Origin: Planctomycetota bacterium
Lineage (GTDB): Bacteria; Planctomycetota; Phycisphaerae; UBA1845; PWPN01
Assembly: GCA_029550525.1 (NCBI GenBank)
Contig: JAKPHF010000046.1
Coordinates: 97,476 to 161,475 of the forward strand
DNA: 64,000 nucleotides
Direction: 5' to 3'
Shown: positions 57,998 to 64,000 of the stretch, piece after piece
How positions within the stretch are numbered: the first letter of the stretch is position 1
Layout of the letters: each line of letters opens with the position of its first letter
Position numbers and translations under genes: made by a program
The notes under the pieces: model-generated
Told to the model about the DNA's origin: nothing
The model's input: only the letters and a program-made list of their open reading frames with translations
Database searches by the model: none

Positions 57998-59050
57998 ATG
58001 GCCAAACCGCCCGAGCAAATGACTGTGTTAGGCATCGAAACCTCCTGCGACGAAACGTCCGTCGCCGTGGTGACGGGCGGTCACCAGGTGCGCTCCAACG
58101 TCGTCGCCACGCAGTTCGATGTTCACGCCAAGTACGGCGGCGTCGTACCTGAGCTCGCCAGCCGCGCCCACATCGAGAATCTCGACGCCTGTGTGGCTGA
58201 GGCTCTCGCCCAGGCCGGCCTGACGCTCGAGCAAGCACGCGAAGAAATCGACGCCATTGCCGTATCCAATCGGCCCGGACTCGTCGGCTGCCTGCTCATC
58301 GGCGTCACCGCGGCCAAGACCCTCTCGTTCGTCTGGGGCAAGCCGCTCATCGGCGTCAATCACGTGCACGCCCACGCCTGTAGCGCGGCCATCGAATTGC
58401 CGGCGGATCAGCCGCTTTGGCCCGCCGTCGCGCTGGTCGTCAGCGGCGGCCACACGTCGCTCTATCACGTGCGCGACCCGCAGCAGATCGACCTGCTCGG
58501 CGCGACCATCGACGATGCCGCCGGCGAGGCCTTCGACAAGGTGGCCAGCATCCTCAACCTGGGGTTCCCCGGCGGACCGATCGTCGAACGCACCGCCGCC
58601 CCCGGCAACAGCACGGCATATTCGTTCCCGCGCACCATGCTCGGCCGCGACTCGCTCGACTTTTCATTCAGCGGCATCAAGACCGCCGTCCTCTATACCG
58701 TGCACGGTCCCGGCAAGACCACCGGCGGCCTCGAACGCCTCAGCCCTCAGGAGATCGCCGACATTGCCGCCAGCTTCCAGGCGGCCGTGACTGACGTCCT
58801 TGTGGCCAAGACCATGCTCGCCGTCGAACAGACGGGCGTACGCACGGTGGTCGTCGGCGGTGGTGTGGCGGCCAACAAAGCGCTCCGCAGCGGCCTGACC
58901 GATGCCTGCGCTCGGCGCGGCATCACGCTACACCTGACGCCCATGCGTTACTGCACGGACAACGGTGCCATGATCGCCCACCTGGGCCATCACCTTCTGG
59001 CGGCCGGCCGTACCGACCCCCTGTCGCTCGAGGCCCGCGCCACCGCCTGA
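57998..59050 (+). CDS. tsaD: tRNA N6-threonylcarbamoyladenosine transferase
   Basis: LGIETSCDET, GGVVPELASRAH, HVHAH, VSGGHT, DDAAGEAFDK, FSFSG.KT, GGVAAN, TDNGAMIA. Confidence 0.97.
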   Translation: MAKPPEQMTVLGIETSCDETSVAVVTGGHQVRSNVVATQFDVHAKYGGVVPELASRAHIENLDACVAEALAQAGLTLEQAREEIDAIAVSNRPGLVGCLLIGVTAAKTLSFVWGKPLIGVNHVHAHACSAAIELPADQPLWPAVALVVSGGHTSLYHVRDPQQIDLLGATIDDAAGEAFDKVASILNLGFPGGPIVERTAAPGNSTAYSFPRTMLGRDSLDFSFSGIKTAVLYTVHGPGKTTGGLERLSPQEIADIAASFQAAVTDVLVAKTMLAVEQTGVRTVVVGGGVAANKALRSGLTDACARRGITLHLTPMRYCTDNGAMIAHLGHHLLAAGRTDPLSLEARATA

Positions 59051-59405
59051 ATAGTGCGGAATCAATGGAACAACCCTGGCCTGCACGCAGGTGAACGCCC
59101 GATGAAAGAGGGTGTGACCGACCTCCTTGGACGAGCAACGAGAGGAACGCTTGTCGGCGTGCCCTTATCGTGTCCGGGCGTTTAGGGTATCTTTAATGCT
59201 TTGTGTTACCCCCGGATGGCGGTAATGGGGGGCGGGCGTCTCGCCCGCCTCAAATGTGGGTCCAATGCCCGCACCCGCCGAAACAGGCAAGAGTGGGCGA
59301 CCGCAAGAGCGGCATGAATGCATTGTGATGCCCCGGATGGCAGGCTTGCCCCGGGCTTTGATGCGGCCGGGTCGGATCCGGTCCCAAGATCAAGGTGAGT
59401 GCGAA

Positions 59406-61163
59406 ATGGCGAAACGACAATTCCTGGTGACATCCGCCCTGCCCTATTCCAACGGCCGGCTGCACGTCGGCCACATCACCGGCGCGTACTTGCCGGCCGA
59501 TACCTACGTCCGCTATCTCCGCGCCCGCGGCGAAGACGTACGGTTCATCTGCGGTAGCGACGACAACGGAGTGGCCTCGTTGATCTCCGCCCGCAAGGAA
59601 GGCCGCAGCGTCGAGGAACTGACCGCCCACTACAACGCCCGTCAGGCCGCCGACTTCAAGGGCCTCGGCATCGAGTTCGACGTCTACGGCGGAACGCATC
59701 AGCCCGGCTTCGTCGAACTGCACAACCAGATCAGCCAGGGCTTCTTCAAGCAAACCTTCGACAAGGGCTACTTCGTCAAGAAGACCACCGAACAGCTCTA
59801 CGACGAGCAGGCCGGCCAGTTCCTGCCCGATCGCTACGTCAAAGGCACGTGCTATCACCGCAAGGCCGACGGCACCCCCTGCGAGTACCCCGAAGCCTAC
59901 GGCGATCAATGCGAGCAGTGCGGCAACAGCATCGACCCCATGCTCCTGAAGGACCCCGTGAGCACCATCACCGGCACCCGGCCCGTCCCCCGGAAGACCA
60001 CGCACTGGTACATGCAGTTGCCCAAATTCGAAAAGCCCTTGCGCGAATGGCTGGAGTCCAAGCGCGAACCGAAGGACGGCAGCCCGCCCTGGCGCGACAC
60101 GGTGCTGAACTTCGCTCTGGGCCAGATCAAGCAGGGCCTGCCCGAACGGGCCATGACGCGCGACCTGCATTGGGGCGTGCCCGTACCGCTCGACGACCCG
60201 GACGCGCAAGGCAAGGTGCTCTACGTCTGGTTCGACGCCCCCATCGGCTACGTGTCATTTACCGCCAAGTGGTGTGAAGAACACGAGGGCGACTGGAGGG
60301 CCTACGAACGCTGGTGGAAGAATCCCGACTGCAAGATCGTTCACTTCATCGGCGAGGACAACACCGTCTTCCACGCTCTCACCTGGCCGGCCATGCTGAT
60401 GGCCGAAGGCTCGTACCAGCTTCCCTGGCAAGTGGTGGCCAACTCGTTCCTCAACATCAAGTTCCCGGGCCAGGAGGAGCAGAAGATCAGCAAGAGCCGC
60501 GGCACGGCCATCTGGATCGAGGAATACCTCAAGATGTTCGAGCCGGATCCGTTGCGGTACTATCTGACCTCCATCGCGCCCGAACGGCAGCGGACGGCCT
60601 TCGACGTGGATGCGTTCATCGAAGCCAACAATGCGATCCTCAGCAACACGCTGGGCAACTTCGTGAACCGCACACTGACGTTCGCCCAGAAGTATTTCGA
60701 CAACCGCGTGCCGGAGGCCGGCACCCGCGGGCCCGGCGAGCAGCAGCAACTCGCCAACATTCGCGAAGCTGCCGCCCGAACGACCGAACTGCTGGAGGCC
60801 TTCCGCTTCAAGGATGCAATGGAGGCGGTGATTAACCTCGCCCGCCAGGCCAACGGCTACTTCAGTGAGAAGGCGCCCTGGGCCCAGCGCAAGACCGACA
60901 TGGCCGCATGCGGCACGACGATCAACGTCTGCATTCAGATGGTCAAGGCACTGACGGTGCTCATCGCACCGTTCATGCCTTCTTCGGCCCTGAAGTGCGC
61001 CCGGATGTTGAATCTGCCGGTGAGCCCGAGCGGTCAACTGGCGCTGCCGCCCATTGCCTGGGACGAGGCCACGGTCGAACTGCCGGCGGGCCACGCCCTC
61101 GGCGAGCCGGTCATCCTCTTTCAAAAGCTCGACCCCGGCCAGATCTTCGCCGACGGGAAGTGA
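59406..61163 (+). CDS. metG: Methionine--tRNA ligase (short form, no C-terminal tRNA-binding domain)
   Basis: TSALPYSNG.LHVGH, Zn knuckle, WGVPVP, YVWFDA, KISKS, anticodon domain with APW. Confidence 0.97.
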   Translation: MAKRQFLVTSALPYSNGRLHVGHITGAYLPADTYVRYLRARGEDVRFICGSDDNGVASLISARKEGRSVEELTAHYNARQAADFKGLGIEFDVYGGTHQPGFVELHNQISQGFFKQTFDKGYFVKKTTEQLYDEQAGQFLPDRYVKGTCYHRKADGTPCEYPEAYGDQCEQCGNSIDPMLLKDPVSTITGTRPVPRKTTHWYMQLPKFEKPLREWLESKREPKDGSPPWRDTVLNFALGQIKQGLPERAMTRDLHWGVPVPLDDPDAQGKVLYVWFDAPIGYVSFTAKWCEEHEGDWRAYERWWKNPDCKIVHFIGEDNTVFHALTWPAMLMAEGSYQLPWQVVANSFLNIKFPGQEEQKISKSRGTAIWIEEYLKMFEPDPLRYYLTSIAPERQRTAFDVDAFIEANNAILSNTLGNFVNRTLTFAQKYFDNRVPEAGTRGPGEQQQLANIREAAARTTELLEAFRFKDAMEAVINLARQANGYFSEKAPWAQRKTDMAACGTTINVCIQMVKALTVLIAPFMPSSALKCARMLNLPVSPSGQLALPPIAWDEATVELPAGHALGEPVILFQKLDPGQIFADGK

Positions 61164-61175
61164 TCGGTCGCAGCC

Positions 61176-61316
61176 GGGGGGCGGGCGTCTCGCCCGCCTT
61201 TTTCCTGCGCGGATATCGGCACGTATATGTTCAACGTGCGGGCATGGCATTGTGGTGCAGGCATCCTGCCTGCACGAGCACGCTGGAAGCGTGCACCACA
61301 ACCTGGAAGCGTGCAC
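61176..61316. repeat. Composite REP-like element B-A between convergent genes
   Basis: B at 61176-61199, A doublet at 61250-61301, followed by a partial duplication CTGGAAGCGTGCAC. Confidence 0.8.
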
Positions 61317-61344
61317 TAAGACAGCGGAGTGATCTCCGGTTTGC

Positions 61345-62541
61345 TCAGGCAGTCGCGGCTTCGGCGGCGGGTGCACGGTGCCGGCCGGCGGCCACCCACG
61401 CCCGCATGGCGTTGAGCGTCTGCGGCCAACGGTTCGACAGCCGCTTCCGAATGAATGCGGTATACAGATCGTCGCACGCCTGGATCATGTCGCGAAGTTT
61501 CTCGATGCGATCCTCGAAGATGGCACGAGGATTGGACGCATCCTCCGGCGGGGGCAACTGCACCCCACTGTAGTGCATGACATCACCCCGCAGGTTCAGG
61601 CCGTAGCTCTCGCCCGATGCCGCCAGTTGCAGCCCTACCCGCACGGGTCGCTTGCCCTCGGCCAGCGCCACCGCCGCTTCCGGCAGATGCGTCGGATCGT
61701 CGGCCTGTACCGACAGCTTGCCCGTGATGCCGAACGCACATTCGAGCTGGACGGACTTCTCGAACAGGACCGTCACCGACTTGCCCAACTGCGTGCTCAC
61801 CTGCGCGCTTTCGATTTGTGACGTGTACCACAGCCAGACCAGCCATTCCGTGCCGAGGAAGTCCTTGCCCCGAACCTCGTTCTCGTAGTCGTCGGCGCTG
61901 ACCGCCCCGTCCGGCGGCTGCACGAAGTGGGCCGGCTTGCAGTCGTCGAACGCTCGCGCCTCGCCCGCGTGGGCCGCCCATCGCGCCGCCAGCTCCGACG
62001 ACGAGACCGGCACGAGCATCAGTCCGAACGTCATGCGGAACAACGTCATGAACGGCTCGGCCACGCTGTTGCCCGTCGAGCCCAGGTAGACCTCGTTGCG
62101 CTTGAGATCCCAGAACACCGGCACCTGCTTCATGCGACGGAACGCGCCCTCGCGGGCCTCGGCTTCCGCCCGCGCCAGCGCCTCCTCGCGTGCCTGCCGC
62201 CGTTCGGCCTTCGACAGGAACTCGCGGCCCGACGCCTCCAGCAGAGCCGCCTCGTTCTGACGCTGGTAGCTGCGGACCAGGTCGCTCGGCGGCTTGTTCG
62301 TGTCGATGCGCATGGAGAACGCCAAGCCGTCGCCCACTGCGTTCTTGGCGAAACTGAAGCTGGTGTCCAGGATATGCTCGCCGGTGATCCAGCCCATCTC
62401 GGTATGATCGGCCGTCTGGATGCTGTCGCGGCCCATCGCCCGCGCCGACAACTGCTCGATCAACGCCTCGTCCACCCGCTGCGGCGAGTTGCCCTGAACG
62501 AAGAACCGCTTGAACGTGATGGAACCACCTGCGAAACCCAT
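61345..62541 (-). CDS. RdgC-like recombination-associated protein
   Basis: MGF..GSITFKRF.V, GW, R.D..K.P, RE.LSK.ER, F..LF..TF, FLG.E.L.WLW, EA..AL..GK. Resembles the long RdgC-like proteins of planctomycetes and deltaproteobacteria. Confidence 0.6.
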   Translation of the reverse strand: MGFAGGSITFKRFFVQGNSPQRVDEALIEQLSARAMGRDSIQTADHTEMGWITGEHILDTSFSFAKNAVGDGLAFSMRIDTNKPPSDLVRSYQRQNEAALLEASGREFLSKAERRQAREEALARAEAEAREGAFRRMKQVPVFWDLKRNEVYLGSTGNSVAEPFMTLFRMTFGLMLVPVSSSELAARWAAHAGEARAFDDCKPAHFVQPPDGAVSADDYENEVRGKDFLGTEWLVWLWYTSQIESAQVSTQLGKSVTVLFEKSVQLECAFGITGKLSVQADDPTHLPEAAVALAEGKRPVRVGLQLAASGESYGLNLRGDVMHYSGVQLPPPEDASNPRAIFEDRIEKLRDMIQACDDLYTAFIRKRLSNRWPQTLNAMRAWVAAGRHRAPAAEAATA

Positions 62542-62804
62542 GGAACCTCTCTCCCGCGCGTCGAGAACGCCAATTGGAGTCTTTCAACAGGTCAGATCGT
62601 ATGGGCAGCACGCCCGGCGTCAACCGCTCGCGAGGAAGACGAGAACCGGCAGGCTGTGAGATTCTCGCCGCTCACAGCAAGGAAGCGAACATGATGATCT
62701 TACGCTGCAAACGTTTAGAACCGCGCCACCGCTCTGACAGCGATGGCCGGCGACCAATGGACTCAAACCCGCGCATCTTTTCAAATGAAGCGCGTGTGAA
62801 CGCA

Positions 62805-64000
62805 TCAATCATCACATGCAGGATCGAGCGCACCGCCAACGCTCAGACAGCGCTGCAGAATGGCGAAGTCGGCCATATCCAGATCGCCGTCGCCGTCATC
62901 CATGCACCGGCACTCGAAAGAATCGACGATGGGCAAGTTCGGGCCGTTGGCACAACTCATCCAGAAAAGCATATCATCCGCGTCGACCTGTCCGTCGCGG
63001 TTGCTGTCCACCACCGGGTCCGGACAAGACACGGGCACCTCGCCCTCGAACACGTGAACCGAATCGAACCACATGGTGTCGTCGCCCGGCACGGGCGTCA
63101 GTTGCACTTCGTTGGCGGGTCCTTCCCAGATCGTCGTCGCGCACGTACCCCAGGCGTGCTGATCGGTGGTTTCGTTCAGGTAGGCGTCGAATTGTCCATT
63201 GCTGCGGACCACCACTCGCAGCGTGAAGAACTCACCGGCATGCGGCCCCGCGACCCCTGGCTGAGCCACTTGCACCGTCCGGCTGAATAGCGTCTGCGCG
63301 ACCGCGTAGTGCGTTTCGTCCAATTGGTTGGTGGCATCGACCAGTGTCAGCTTGCCGTAGTCCGCACTGCCCGGTGCGCCGTCCACGCCGAAGGCGAACC
63401 TGCGCTGGAAGGCACGAAGCTCCACGAAATGACGGCCGGCGGCCCGGGGCCCGGCCGCCGCCTTGACCACCAGCGTCAGCGCGGTCACGCCGTCGGGCAC
63501 CGTGAACCCCTTGCGGATCTTGGCCTTGCCCATGTTGCGGTGATTACCCGGACCCGCCGGCAACGTGGCGTCCATGTTGTTCCCGTCGCCCGTCACCACT
63601 CGCAGGACCGGATACAGCGGAGCCCTTACGAACCCCGGTGCTCCCCAGGGCGGACTGTGCGGCACCATCGAGTCGGGAATGATCAACGGACGATAACCGG
63701 CGTTGTTTCCGTCGTCGAAGGCGATCCATTCGGTGTATGAGCTGTGCGTGGCATCCGCCAGCGGATCGGGTGCGTTGTAATGCTCGGTGAAGGGTTGCTT
63801 CTTGTGACAGCCGATCCCCGGCCGGCAGTTGTTGTCCGGCCAAGTGTCCGCGTTCAGATCCTGCGAGCCCTGATACCAGCAGGCCAGGTCGCCTCTGATG
63901 TTCGGGCAGTCCGCCGCCAGGCTGCGGCCTTCATGGATCCAGCCTTGTCCTTCGGGTGTGGTGGCCAACACGGATTCGTATGCCAGGAGTACGTCGCCGT
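62805..64000 (-). CDS. Secreted-type protein with C-terminal Cys-rich dockerin-like domain (5' end outside window)
   Basis: Reading frame open to the window edge. Ends with duplicated EF-hand-like loops DSNRDGQVDADD and DDGDGDLDMADF, framed by six Cys. Confidence 0.75.
   Translation of the reverse strand, partial: GDVLLAYESVLATTPEGQGWIHEGRSLAADCPNIRGDLACWYQGSQDLNADTWPDNNCRPGIGCHKKQPFTEHYNAPDPLADATHSSYTEWIAFDDGNNAGYRPLIIPDSMVPHSPPWGAPGFVRAPLYPVLRVVTGDGNNMDATLPAGPGNHRNMGKAKIRKGFTVPDGVTALTLVVKAAAGPRAAGRHFVELRAFQRRFAFGVDGAPGSADYGKLTLVDATNQLDETHYAVAQTLFSRTVQVAQPGVAGPHAGEFFTLRVVVRSNGQFDAYLNETTDQHAWGTCATTIWEGPANEVQLTPVPGDDTMWFDSVHVFEGEVPVSCPDPVVDSNRDGQVDADDMLFWMSCANGPNLPIVDSFECRCMDDGDGDLDMADFAILQRCLSVGGALDPACDD

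Noticed and set aside
59051-59405. Possible SAM-I riboswitch or T-box upstream of metG
   Set aside because: Only GCCCGATGAA resembles SAM-I. There is no P1 ATC/GAT helix, T-box motif or terminator.

Overview
GC-rich chromosomal window, most likely from a Phycisphaerae planctomycete, judging by C-x2-C-x-Y-x-L-x-G...CPECG membrane proteins, a Cys-rich dockerin-like C-terminus, DUF2617 and a sulfatase. It carries housekeeping genes (rluD-like, cmk-plsC-ispH, miaB, alaS, tsaD, metG, htrA-like, rdgC-like) and one tRNA-Arg(UCG). A six-gene cytoplasmic [NiFe]-hydrogenase operon has HydABC/complex-I-like diaphorase subunits with electron-bifurcation-type signatures. An ino1/methyltransferase/glycosidase cassette appears collapsed by deletion and contains chimeric gene remnants. 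There is also a cluster of secreted glycan-degrading proteins, a Tat-signal DegT aminotransferase upstream of a sodium:solute symporter, and a promoter- and terminator-bounded ~150-nt rod-shaped RNA candidate (6S-like). Intergenic spaces hold several families of REP-like palindromes and 7/9-mer repeats, some nested into composite elements. No CRISPR array, integrase or transposase was seen. All family calls come from recognising motifs by eye, not from database searches.
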